This document shows positions 9,424 to 19,740 of a stretch of 39,548 nt of DNA, piece after piece; the first letter of the stretch is position 1; every line of letters begins with the position of its first letter. The DNA comes from Myxococcota bacterium (GTDB taxonomy: Bacteria; Myxococcota_A; UBA796; SXON01). The stretch is taken from contig JAZKFH010000058.1 of NCBI GenBank assembly GCA_040386535.1, positions 1-39,548 on the forward strand, in the 5' to 3' direction. The position numbers and the translations under genes are program-made. The notes under the pieces were generated by a model. It was not told where the DNA came from, made no database searches, and saw nothing but the letters and a program-made list of their open reading frames with translations.

Positions 9424-10041
9424 GTGAAGCTCCACCTCCTGGCCCTCCTCGCCCTGCCCGTCGTCCTCGGCCTCGGCTGCCCCAGCACCGACAAGGTCGA
9501 CGACACGGGCGCGGCCGACACCTCCGCCGATGCCGACACGGACACCGATACGGACGCCGACACCGACGCGGACACCGACACCGACACGGACTCCGATACC
9601 GACACGGACACCGACACGGAGGCGCTCACCGGGCTCCTCCGCCTCGTCGGGAGCGCCACGGTAAACGGCGCCTATGCGGGCACCGAGTCCGTCGTGTTCG
9701 TAGCGGACGAGGGCTACGGGGACGACGTGTGCCGCCTCACGGTCACGTTCGCCTCGACCGAGGCGCGCACGGACTGCGAGACGTGCGACTGGGCGTACAC
9801 CCTCACCATCACCGACGTCGTCACCGAGCTCGACACGGAGTGTGCGGCGGTGGGCTGGGGCGATCCGGAGTCCGCCATCGGCACCACGCGCGCCTACGGG
9901 TACGACCCCGACTACTTCGGCCACGCCGCGGTGCTCATGACGCATGACGGCACCGCCTGGCAGGTCGCCGGGTACGCCGCGTTCGACGACGCCACGGATA
10001 CGCTCTCGTACGACCTCGAGGTCGGCTTCTTTCCCTACTGA
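9424..10041 (+). CDS. Hypothetical lipoprotein with (Asp-Thr)n linker (205 aa)
   Basis: GTG at 9424, hydrophobic stretch ending LGLGC, DT repeat at about 9530-9620, acidic domain with DCETCDW. Confidence 0.8.
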   Translation: MKLHLLALLALPVVLGLGCPSTDKVDDTGAADTSADADTDTDTDADTDADTDTDTDSDTDTDTDTEALTGLLRLVGSATVNGAYAGTESVVFVADEGYGDDVCRLTVTFASTEARTDCETCDWAYTLTITDVVTELDTECAAVGWGDPESAIGTTRAYGYDPDYFGHAAVLMTHDGTAWQVAGYAAFDDATDTLSYDLEVGFFPY

Positions 10042-10099
10042 TCTCCCCTACTGATTTCCCTCTTTGGCCAGCCTGCTTCCGCAGCGTTCCCGGAGCCCC

Positions 10100-11032
10100 A
10101 TGCGTCTGTCCGCCGCCCTGGCCGCGCTGCTCGTGTTCTCGGGGTGCGACCCGAAGGACGATCGCGTCGTCGGCCTCCTCGCCGACGAGAACAACTACGC
10201 CTTCACCGGCGCGCTCGACGTGCCGTCGATCACGACGGCGTCCGCCACCGACGTGACCGTGTGCTGGGACGAGGTCCTCCACGATCTGCAGTGCCACGAC
10301 CTCGATCCGGTCGCGGGCATCCAGAACATCGGCCTGGTGCGGTTCCCGAACTACTCGCAGGTGGAGGTCGAGGCCGCCCTGTCCACCAACTCGCTCCAGC
10401 AGTCCGCGATCTCGGGCTACGTCGAGGCGCGCACGGACGGCACGAACACCTGCGCCAACCTCGCGGACTTCAGCTTCTTCGGCACCACGATCGACGTGGC
10501 TGAGGAGTACACCGCCGCCGGCGGCACCTACATGCTGCTGCTGACCGAGGGCGTCGTGGCGGGCGTCGGCGCGCGGATGATCACGTTCCTGTCGCCGGAA
10601 GAGGGCAACACCACGACCGAGGTGAGCGTGGGCGACGGCTGCGGGCTGCTCGAGGTCGACGCCGATCTCGAGGCGCTCACGTCGGTGCCGCTCCCGGCGG
10701 ACGGGCCGTTCCTGGTGGACTGGTCGACGTTGACGATCGACGGGCAGGGCAACCCCATCGCCGTCGAGGACATCGACGGGCTCATGATCGCCTTCTACGA
10801 GGGGGAGACTCCCGCCACGCTCGAGACCCAGCTCTTGGATCTCGAGCTCAACGCGACCGAGCTCTACAACCTCACGCTCACCGGGGAGACCACCGCCGAT
10901 CTCGCCGACGCCACCGGCGCGAGCGGGGCGTTCACCGGCTTCTCGGGCGACGGTACGTGGATGCTCGCGTTGCGATGCAGCCGCTGCTACAACCCCGCGC
11001 CCGTCTTCCTCACCGTGATGGACCCCACATGA
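10100..11032 (+). CDS. Hypothetical acidic lipoprotein (310 aa)
   Basis: ATG at 10100 after GGAG; lipobox FSGC; C-terminal CSRCYNPAP; ATGA overlap with the next gene. Confidence 0.8.
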   Translation: MRLSAALAALLVFSGCDPKDDRVVGLLADENNYAFTGALDVPSITTASATDVTVCWDEVLHDLQCHDLDPVAGIQNIGLVRFPNYSQVEVEAALSTNSLQQSAISGYVEARTDGTNTCANLADFSFFGTTIDVAEEYTAAGGTYMLLLTEGVVAGVGARMITFLSPEEGNTTTEVSVGDGCGLLEVDADLEALTSVPLPADGPFLVDWSTLTIDGQGNPIAVEDIDGLMIAFYEGETPATLETQLLDLELNATELYNLTLTGETTADLADATGASGAFTGFSGDGTWMLALRCSRCYNPAPVFLTVMDPT

Positions 11033-12309
11033 CCGCGCTCTCCCTCTCGCTCCTCGCAGCGTGCACCGGTGGCAGCACGATCACCGCCGAGGTGGTCCCG
11101 AGCGCCGACGTCGCCACGGTCGCCACGCTCGTGTGGTCCTCCCCCGAGCCCTTTGCCGGGATCGTGCGCTACGGCACCGAGGATCGGTTCTTCGACGTCG
11201 CGTTCGACGCCTCGTCGACCGAGCACGAAACGCTCCTGCTCGGCGTCCCCGCGGCCTCGGAGGTCACGTGGAGCATCCACGCCGACGCCGGCACGGTCGT
11301 GGAGACCGGCACGTACACCACCGGCTCGCTCCCGACGGAGTTGCCCTCGCTCAGCGTGACCGGCGGCGGGCACGACCAGTTCATGTTGACGCCGCTCATC
11401 GGTGCCACCACCGCGGCGATCGTCCTCTCGCCCGAGGGGCACATCGTCTGGTACCACATCGACGCGCGGGGGCTCGACGTGTACCGCGTGCGCCTCGCGG
11501 CCGACGGCACCGGCATCGTCTACAACGCCGCGACCGTGTCCGGCGATCCCGCCGAGGACAGCGCGCTGGTGAAGGTGTCGTGGGACGGCGCGACCTCGAC
11601 CGAGCTGGCCGTGCCGCTGCTCTCGCACGACTTCGTCCAGCTCGGAGACGGCAGCCTCGCCGCCATCGGCGTGAAGTTCGGCCTGGGCGCGGAGGGGCAG
11701 GAGGTGCGCGGCGACCGCATCGTCGAGATCGCGCCGGACGGCACCCAGACCGACATCTGGACCTCGTGGGACTGCTTCGATCCCGCCGTCTACACCGGCG
11801 ACGACGTGGAGCTCGGCTGGACCTTCGCCAACGCGCTCGACTACGCCCCCGAGACCGACAGCTACCACCTCGGCCTGCGCAATTTCTCGAGCATCCTCGA
11901 GGTCGACCGTACGGGCGCGTGTGGCGATGTCATCGGCGGCGAGCCCTCCGACTACACGTTCGACGGCAGCCGGTTCCGCCACCAGCACCAATTCGACATG
12001 CAGGGCGACACCCTGGTGGTGTTCGACAACGACGGCGCCGGCGGGAACGCCAGCCGCGCCATCGAGTACGCGCTCGATCGGGACGCGAAGACCGCCACCC
12101 AGGTGTGGGACTACACACCCGATCCGAAGATCTACAGCTTTGTATTGGGAGACGTGACCCGGCTGGACGACGGGGACACGTTCGTGGCGTGGTCGGTCGC
12201 AGGTCAGCTCGACCGCGTGAGCGACGCCGGGCAGCTCGAGTGGAGCGTGAACACCGGCGTGGGCTACGCCTTCGGCTTCGTGACGCTCGCTCCCGCGCTG
12301 GTGCCGTGA
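11029..12309 (+). CDS. Arylsulfotransferase (ASST)-like beta-propeller lipoprotein (426 aa)
   Basis: Lipobox LAAC; N-terminal Ig/FN3-like region; SHDF, ANALDY, LRN and QHQ motifs; RLDDGDTFV.W; translationally coupled on both sides. Confidence 0.75.
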   Translation: MTALSLSLLAACTGGSTITAEVVPSADVATVATLVWSSPEPFAGIVRYGTEDRFFDVAFDASSTEHETLLLGVPAASEVTWSIHADAGTVVETGTYTTGSLPTELPSLSVTGGGHDQFMLTPLIGATTAAIVLSPEGHIVWYHIDARGLDVYRVRLAADGTGIVYNAATVSGDPAEDSALVKVSWDGATSTELAVPLLSHDFVQLGDGSLAAIGVKFGLGAEGQEVRGDRIVEIAPDGTQTDIWTSWDCFDPAVYTGDDVELGWTFANALDYAPETDSYHLGLRNFSSILEVDRTGACGDVIGGEPSDYTFDGSRFRHQHQFDMQGDTLVVFDNDGAGGNASRAIEYALDRDAKTATQVWDYTPDPKIYSFVLGDVTRLDDGDTFVAWSVAGQLDRVSDAGQLEWSVNTGVGYAFGFVTLAPALVP

Positions 12310-13751
12310 TCCTCGGGCTTGTCCTCCTCGCGCCGACCCTCTTCGGCGGGTGTGATCCCACGTCGATCACGCTGGGCGGCGACACGTCGCCGGTCGAGGC
12401 GGACACGGACACGGACACCGACACCGACACTGACACGGATACGGACACCGATACCAATACGGACACCGATACCGATACCGTGGTGCCGGTCGCGGAGAGC
12501 TTCACGCTCACCGTTCATCCCGAGATCAGCACGATCCTCGTGGCACGCTGGAACCAACTCGTGGCGGGGGACACGTCGCTCTATTGGGAGGTGGACGGAG
12601 AGCGGTTCTCCTCGCCGGTGCGCGCGCTCGCGCCGGGCGACGCGACCGAGGTGGTGCTCGGGCTCCCCGCCGACACGGACGTGACCGTGACCCTCAACGT
12701 GGGCGGCAGCACGCTCTCCGCGGACGCCGCCACGGATCCGCTTCCCCGCGGCCTCTTCGATCCGACGCTCACCACCTGGGATCCCACCGAGGCCGATCCC
12801 TCGCCCTACCTGCTCACCAGCGTCGACATGGGGGCGAACAACTTCTTCGGCCCGTGTTGGGTGGTCCTGTTGGATCGTGCTGGCCGCATCGTCTGGTACC
12901 GGCAGGTGTCCGATCGCCGCCTGACCCTGTTTCCGCGCCTCGCCCGGGACGGCTCGCACATCCTCTGGGACGCGACCACCTACTACGTCGCCGACAGCGT
13001 GCCGGGCTCGATCACGCGCGCCACGCTCTCGCTCTCCCAGGAGGTCGAGACCGAGGTCGACGGCATCGGCTTCACGTACGACGAGCTCGACGATGGCAGC
13101 TTCCTGTTCGACTACGCCGAGACCGACTACGACTACCACCTCGAACGCCAATACCCCGACGGCACCCGCGCACGCATCTGGAGCTGCGCGCCGTGGATGG
13201 ACTCGTTCAACGCCGGCTACTGGGCCTGCGCGGCCAACACCGTGCACTGGGATCCCGACTCCAACGTGGTCGTGTGGTCGATGTTCCAGACCTCCACGGC
13301 CGTGGGAATCGATCTCGCCACCGGCGAGCTGTTGTGGGAGCTGGGGGAGTACCCCGGCGGCCTCACGTTCGACCCCGCGAGCGTGCGCCTGGAGCTCCAG
13401 CACTACCCCAACTGGACGCCCGACGGCACCCTGCTCCTGACCACCCACGTGCCCGGCGAGCGCGGCGTGCAGCGGATCCGCGAGCTCGACCTCGACCTCG
13501 GCGCCGGCACCGCCCGCCAGACGTGGACCTACACACCCGCCGCCGGCTACTACGGCGACTACGCGGGCGAGGCGACGCGGCTCCCCAACGGCAACACGCT
13601 CGTGAACTTCGGCACGGACGGCGTGGTGCAGGAGATCCTCACCAACGCGTCACCCGAGGCGACGATCGTGTGGGAGATCGATTGGGACAACCACCTCGCG
13701 GGGCACCTGACCCCGGTGGAGGACCTGTACGCGTTGAACGGCGGGTGGTGA
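12306..13751 (+). CDS. Second ASST-like beta-propeller lipoprotein with DT linker (481 aa)
   Basis: GTGA overlap at 12306; lipobox LFGGC; DT repeat at about 12400-12480; GRIVWY, LQHYP and RLPNGNTLVNFG motifs. Confidence 0.75.
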   Translation: MILGLVLLAPTLFGGCDPTSITLGGDTSPVEADTDTDTDTDTDTDTDTDTNTDTDTDTVVPVAESFTLTVHPEISTILVARWNQLVAGDTSLYWEVDGERFSSPVRALAPGDATEVVLGLPADTDVTVTLNVGGSTLSADAATDPLPRGLFDPTLTTWDPTEADPSPYLLTSVDMGANNFFGPCWVVLLDRAGRIVWYRQVSDRRLTLFPRLARDGSHILWDATTYYVADSVPGSITRATLSLSQEVETEVDGIGFTYDELDDGSFLFDYAETDYDYHLERQYPDGTRARIWSCAPWMDSFNAGYWACAANTVHWDPDSNVVVWSMFQTSTAVGIDLATGELLWELGEYPGGLTFDPASVRLELQHYPNWTPDGTLLLTTHVPGERGVQRIRELDLDLGAGTARQTWTYTPAAGYYGDYAGEATRLPNGNTLVNFGTDGVVQEILTNASPEATIVWEIDWDNHLAGHLTPVEDLYALNGGW

Positions 13752-13814
13752 GGGGCGGGCCCGCACCCTCGGGGGCCACCCGGCCGTTCGCAGCGACGCG
13801 GAAGCGCGGGCGGG

Positions 13815-13919
13815 CTACTTGCCCTTGGTCGCGTTCTTCTCGGCCTTCTTCTTCTGCTTCTCCTGGATGCTGAGCTTCTCCTTGTTCTTGGTCTGCGCCT
13901 TGTCTTGACCCTTGGGCAT
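13815..13919 (-). CDS. Small Lys-rich protein, 34 aa: MPKGQDKAQTKNKEKLSIQEKQKKKAEKNATKGK
   Basis: AAGGAGAG RBS just upstream of the ATG; nearly all codons end in G/C (every Lys is AAG); TAG stop. Below the ORF-track length cutoff. Confidence 0.75.
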   Translation of the reverse strand: MPKGQDKAQTKNKEKLSIQEKQKKKAEKNATKGK

Positions 13920-14089
13920 GGTGCTCTCCTTGGTGTGCACGATCCTTCTACCGCCTTGTCGCAAGGAGCACGAGCCGCTTCACCGGGAATGGCTGGAATC
14001 CCGACCCTCTACGACGTAGGAGGCTCCTGCTTTGTGCGGGGCGTGGGCCCCCACGGCCCGTGGGATCGAGGTACGCTCTGCGCGGCCCC

Positions 14090-15406
14090 ATGCGCATCGA
14101 TTCCCTCACGCTCGAGAACTTCCGCGGCTTCGCGCAGTTCACGCTCGACCTGCATCCCGAAGTGACGGTGCTCGTGGGGAAGAACGCCACCGGGAAGACG
14201 GCGCTGCTCGACGCGTTGGCGGTGGCGTTGGGAGCGTGGTTGTCCGGGATGGCGAACGCGCGCGCGGAGGACCGAACCCTCACCAGCGGGGACGCCCGTC
14301 TCGTCCGTCGCGGCGAAGTGTTGTTTCCAACACTCGAATATGTGTTTCCCGTTCGTGTGGGTGCCTCGGGCGTCGTTGGAGCAGAGCGGGTGGACTGGGC
14401 GCGAGAGCTGCGCCATCGACAGGGGCGCACGACGACTGGCGAGACCCAACGCCTGCGCCAGCTCGCGATCGGCGCCGAGCAGAAGGCATCCAGCCCCGAA
14501 CCGGCCGATCTATTCCTCCTCGCCTACTACGGCACCGGCCGGCTCTGGGTCGAGAAGCGGGCGCGTGCCGAGCGTGGCGAACAGCTGGCCTCCCGCTTCC
14601 AGGGCTACCGTTCGGCACTCGAACCGGCGTCTGATCCAAAGCTCTTCGAAGCGTGGATGCGCTGGCGCGAAGAGGACTACCTCCAACGAATCGCTCGCGC
14701 CTCCGAGACCGGGCGGCCCCTTGCTGCCGTGGAGCGCAGCCCGCACCTCCAGGCCGTCGAGGCGGCGGCGTGCGCCTGCCTCGAGGGGGCCTCGCGGTTT
14801 TACTACAACGTGAACTACAAGGAGCTCCGCGTGGAAATGGCGGACGGAACACTCCTTCCCTTTCACGCGCTCTCCGACGGCCAACGAAGCCTCGTAGCGA
14901 TGGCGGCCGACATTGCGTGGCGCGCCGTCCAACTCAATCCGCACTTGGGAAAGGACGCGCCCAAGCTCGTCTCGGGCGTGGTGCTCATCGACGAGATCGA
15001 GCTTCACCTCCATCCGGCGTGGCAGCGCCGTGTCATCGGCGACCTCCGGCGGGCCTTTCCCAAGCTCCAGTTCGTCGTCACGACCCATTCGCCGCAGGTC
15101 ATCGCCTCCTGCGAGCAGGCCTGGATTCGCCTGCTCGTTCCCGGCGCCGACCGTGCGTTCCCGGCCGCGCCGGTCCATGGTCGGGACAGCAACGCCATCT
15201 TGCGGGACGTGATGGGCGTTCCTCCGCGCGCCGCTTGGATGCAGAAGAAGCTCGACGGCGTGAGCGATCTGATCGAAGCCGGGGAGGTCGCCGGCGCCAC
15301 GGCGCTGCTCGCGGAGGTCAAGGCGGATCTCGGAGCGGATGACGAGGCCGTGCTGGGGCTCGAGTGGGAGCTGCACGATCTGGAGGTCAACGGTGCGCCG
15401 GATTGA
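14090..15406 (+). CDS. ABC/AAA-family ATPase, PtuA-like (Septu / retron type I-A effector ATPase), 438 aa
   Basis: MRIDSLTLENFRGF start; Walker A GKNATGKT; YYGTGR; signature LSDGQ; Walker B VLIDEIELHLHP.WQ; H-loop TTHSP; GRDSNAIL..VMG. Confidence 0.88.
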   Translation: MRIDSLTLENFRGFAQFTLDLHPEVTVLVGKNATGKTALLDALAVALGAWLSGMANARAEDRTLTSGDARLVRRGEVLFPTLEYVFPVRVGASGVVGAERVDWARELRHRQGRTTTGETQRLRQLAIGAEQKASSPEPADLFLLAYYGTGRLWVEKRARAERGEQLASRFQGYRSALEPASDPKLFEAWMRWREEDYLQRIARASETGRPLAAVERSPHLQAVEAAACACLEGASRFYYNVNYKELRVEMADGTLLPFHALSDGQRSLVAMAADIAWRAVQLNPHLGKDAPKLVSGVVLIDEIELHLHPAWQRRVIGDLRRAFPKLQFVVTTHSPQVIASCEQAWIRLLVPGADRAFPAAPVHGRDSNAILRDVMGVPPRAAWMQKKLDGVSDLIEAGEVAGATALLAEVKADLGADDEAVLGLEWELHDLEVNGAPD

Positions 15407-16091
15407 GAAGGGGGCTGAGCCTCCGTGCGTGGCCCAGCTTCGTCGGGACGCGTCCTTCACCGAGAAGGAGTCGGGAAAACCCCCGGTCAACGATGATTGG
15501 AACCCGGGGTCGTGTGCCGAGGCCATCCGCAAGACGTTGGTCACCGAACAACAGGGGCTCTGCGCCTATTGCATGGGGCGGATCGAGCCGCACGGTTTCC
15601 GAGAAGAGCTGGCGCACCTTGGCGGGATGAAGATCGAGCACTGGGCTGCGCGCGAAGATCACCCCCGAGAGATGTACGACTGGGGCAATCTGCTCGGCGT
15701 GTGCGGCGGGGTGTACAACGGCCCAGACGGCCCGGTGAAGCATTGCGACGCGTCGCGGGGCAGCACTCCGTTGCATGTCCATCCGGCGCGGCGCCTACCG
15801 GATCCGCAGGCGGTGTTCACCTACGACAAGGCGGGAAACATCATCGGGAACACGCCGGGGGCTGTCGCGGACGTTCGCACGCTGAACCTGTCGGCCGACC
15901 GCCTGACCGAGAACCGCGGGGCGGTCGTCGATGCGCTTCGAAAACGGTTGATGAACCGGGACGACGCCGCGACGCTCCGCGGCATGTACCGAACGGCGAT
16001 AACGGCGACCGCGAGCGGGCTGCCCGCGTACGCACCCGTCGCCGCGCGTTACCTCGCGAAGAAGCTCCAGCAACGCGGCCTCGTACCGTAG
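15393..16091 (+). CDS. HNH endonuclease, PtuB-like / TIGR02646 type, 232 aa
   Basis: GGAGG RBS before GTG at 15393, overlapping the ATPase stop; MRRIEKG.EP, EQQGLCAYC, IEH, DWGNL..VC, HCD..RG and LNL...L..NR motifs. Confidence 0.85.
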   Translation: MRRIEKGAEPPCVAQLRRDASFTEKESGKPPVNDDWNPGSCAEAIRKTLVTEQQGLCAYCMGRIEPHGFREELAHLGGMKIEHWAAREDHPREMYDWGNLLGVCGGVYNGPDGPVKHCDASRGSTPLHVHPARRLPDPQAVFTYDKAGNIIGNTPGAVADVRTLNLSADRLTENRGAVVDALRKRLMNRDDAATLRGMYRTAITATASGLPAYAPVAARYLAKKLQQRGLVP

Positions 16092-16104
16092 CGCGCGCCG
16101 CCGA

Positions 16105-16755
16105 CTACCCCACCGAAGCCGCCAGGATCACCAGCGCCCGCGCCCCGAGCGCATGGATCGTGCCGCGCCGGTAGTAGTGCGCCACCGCGGCGTGGAGCGG
16201 CCGGTCCGCGAACGCGTCGAGCAGCGCGAGGCCGGACACGCCCGCCAGCAGCGCCGCGGCGACGGGAACGTCGGCATAGGGCACGTGCACGTCCCGGTCG
16301 AGGGGCAGGCCCTCGGGGCGCCAGTGTTCGGGGATGCGCCCCTCCGCGACATAGGCGGCGGCGAGCTGATCCAGCGCGTGGTCCGGTCCGGGCTCGGCGA
16401 GCAGGCGGCACGTGGGCCACCAGCGGTCGGGATCCGCGGAGGCCGCGCCGCCGTGCGTCTCGGCCGCGAGCCAGAGCCGCGCCGCGGCCCAGTCGCCGCG
16501 TGCGTCGCGGAGGGCGGCGCCGAGGAGGAGCTCGATGCGGTGGGGCTCGTCGAGCGTCAGGGCCAGGGCGGCGGCGGTGCGGGCGTCGCCGCTCACGAGC
16601 GCCTCGCGCAGGCGGATGCCGGTCTGGCCCGAGAGCACGACCGGGTCGCACACCTCGGACGTGAGCGGGCCCCCCGCCGCGTCGTAGGCATCGAGCAGCC
16701 CGTCGACGTCGGCCCAGCCGGCGAAGGTGCGCACGTGGTGGGCCAGATCGGACAC
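16105..16755 (-). CDS. Hypothetical protein (216 aa)
   Basis: C-terminal part of track ORF 16105..17610 from GTG at 16755 has protein-like composition and GC3 bias; the upstream part overlaps the peroxiredoxin. Confidence 0.6.
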   Translation of the reverse strand: MSDLAHHVRTFAGWADVDGLLDAYDAAGGPLTSEVCDPVVLSGQTGIRLREALVSGDARTAAALALTLDEPHRIELLLGAALRDARGDWAAARLWLAAETHGGAASADPDRWWPTCRLLAEPGPDHALDQLAAAYVAEGRIPEHWRPEGLPLDRDVHVPYADVPVAAALLAGVSGLALLDAFADRPLHAAVAHYYRRGTIHALGARALVILAASVG

Positions 16756-16931
16756 GGGTTCGCCTTGGGAGGAGGGGGCCCTATCGCACCGGTCCTCCGC
16801 GCGCGCCGCTCGGAGGGCGCGAGCGCAGCGAGCGGTCCGGCGCCGCCCTGGGCGCCGACCGAGGCCGGAGGCCGAGCCCGGAGGGGGGCGTAGGCGTCCG
16901 CGCCGTCGCGCCCCGCGCCCATTCTCCGCAG

Positions 16932-17519
16932 CTACTCCCCGAACAGCGCCCGGCAGTCGTCCAGCACCTTGGCCGGATGCGTGCCGACCTCGATGGAGTC
17001 GACGTATTCGAGCACCAGGGCGCCGTCCGCGTCGAGCAGCATCGTCACGCGGGTCACGGAGGAGTCGCGCTCGCCGGTGAGCGCGCCGTAGGTGACGCCG
17101 AGCACGGCGTCGTCGTCGGTCCAGAGATCGTAGAGGAAGCCCTCCCGGTCGGACCACTCGAGGTTGTCGGCGGGGCTGTCGAGGCCCACGCCTACGATGG
17201 TGACGCCCAGGGCGTCGAATTCGGTCTGGTTGTCGCGGTACCCGCAACCTTCGATGGTTCAACCATAGGTCCCGGCGGCCGGGTAGAACCACAACACCGT
17301 GGGGTGGCCGAGCAGATCCGCCTCGGAGCGGGCCGCGCCGTATTGGTTGGTCGCGGCGAAGGAGGGGAGGGACACCGGGGACTCCGGCGGGGTGCCGTAG
17401 AGCGCGCCGACGTCGGTGTCGGTGTCCGCGTCGGTATCGGTGTCGGTGTCGGCCGGATCGGCCACCTTCGCGGTGTCGCCGTCCGTACCGGCACACGCGA
17501 AGAGGAGGAGGAGCAACAT
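16932..17519 (-). CDS. Lipoprotein peroxiredoxin (BCP/PrxQ family), predicted selenoprotein with Sec87 (195 aa)
   Basis: Track ORFs 17259..17519 and 16932..17189 are in the same frame, separated only by TGA at 17261-17259. Read-through gives WFYPAAGTYG-U-TIEGCGYRD...LGVTIVGVGLDS, the Prx PxxxTxxC motif with U at the peroxidatic position. Lipobox LLFAC plus DT linker. Confidence 0.88.
17228..17249 (-). promoter_or_regulatory. Candidate bacterial SECIS hairpin
   Basis: Minus strand 3' of UGA reads ACCAUCGAA GGUUGCGG-GUA-CCGCGACAACC: a stem with a G-starting apical loop about 17 nt after the UGA. Confidence 0.65.
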
Positions 17520-17611
17520 GGCCGCAAGCTACCCCGGTGCCGATGAGGTGGCGCGCCGGGATCCGGGGGCGCCCCATCCGTGGCAGAATCCCCCGCGAGG
17601 TTCGCCGCACG

Positions 17612-18738
<1,127 letters not shown>

Positions 18739-18742
<4 letters not shown>

Positions 18743-19740
18743 GCGGGGCGGATCCGGTGGGCGCCGGACTTCCTGGGAATGCTGGGCCGGTTTGGGACGG
18801 GGGCTCTGCCCCCGTAACGCCCCCGAAGGCACGCGATCCTCGGCCCCCACTCTCCCTGTTCGTGCGCGCGCGCCGTCGCGTGTTCAAGGCGCTCGCCAAC
18901 CGCTCGTCCGCCGCCGGGTGGGCCCAGATCGGCCCGGCGCTGACGTTCCTGGTGGTGTTCTTCCTCGCGCCGCTCGCGATGATGTTCGGCGCGTCGTTCA
19001 TGGACCGCGGCATGTACGGCGGCATCGAGTGGGCGTTCACCACCCAGCACTACCAACGCTTCATGGACCCGCTGTACCTCACCATCCTGCTGCGGACGGT
19101 GGCGTGGTCGATCGGCGCGACGCTGTTCTGTCTACTCGTGGGGTACCCGGTGGCGTGGGCGCTCGCGAACGCCGGGCGCTGGAAGAACGTGATGGTCTTC
19201 CTGGTCATCGTGCCGCTTTGGACCAGCTTTCTCGTGCGTACGTTCGCGATGATCTTCCTCATGCGCGACAGCGGCCTCATCAACACGGCGCTGCTCGCGC
19301 TGGGGCTCATCTCCGAGCCGCTGGAGCTGCTCTACACCCCCGGCGCGGTGATGGCGGGGCTCGTGTACGGTTTTCTGCCGTTCATGATCCTGCCGATCTA
19401 CACGTCGCTCGAGAAGCTCGACCCCACCTTGCTCGAAGCCGCCGAGGTGCTCGGCGCGCGCCCGTTCGCGCGGTTCTGGCGGGTGGTGTGGCCGCTCTCG
19501 TTGCCGGGCGTGGCGGCGGGCTCGCTGCTCACGTTCATCCCGGCGCTCGGCTCGTACCTCACCTCCGATCTGCTCGGCGGCGCCAAGCAGATGATGATCG
19601 GGAACCTCGTGCAGAACCAATTCACCACCGCGCGCAACTGGCCGTTCGGCGCGGCGGCGAGCTTCGTCGTGATGTCGGGCGTGCTGGTGGCGGTGACGCT
19701 GTACCTGCGTATGCGTGACCGCGCGGGAGGTGGCCTGTGA
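18739..19740 (+). CDS. potB: Polyamine ABC transporter permease
   Basis: ATGA overlap; GYPVA, PLWTSFLVRT, LPFMILPIY, EAA loop and NWPFGAA motifs. Confidence 0.9.

Noticed and set aside
13920..14089. Retron msr-msd upstream of the PtuAB-like genes
   Set aside because: No reverse transcriptase in the window and no clear a1/a2 inverted repeat; the space must also hold two divergent promoters.
16932..17519. Peroxiredoxin pseudogene or two separate small genes
   Set aside because: The single stop is TGA exactly at the catalytic Cys, both halves are intact, and a hairpin follows; Sec recoding is more parsimonious.
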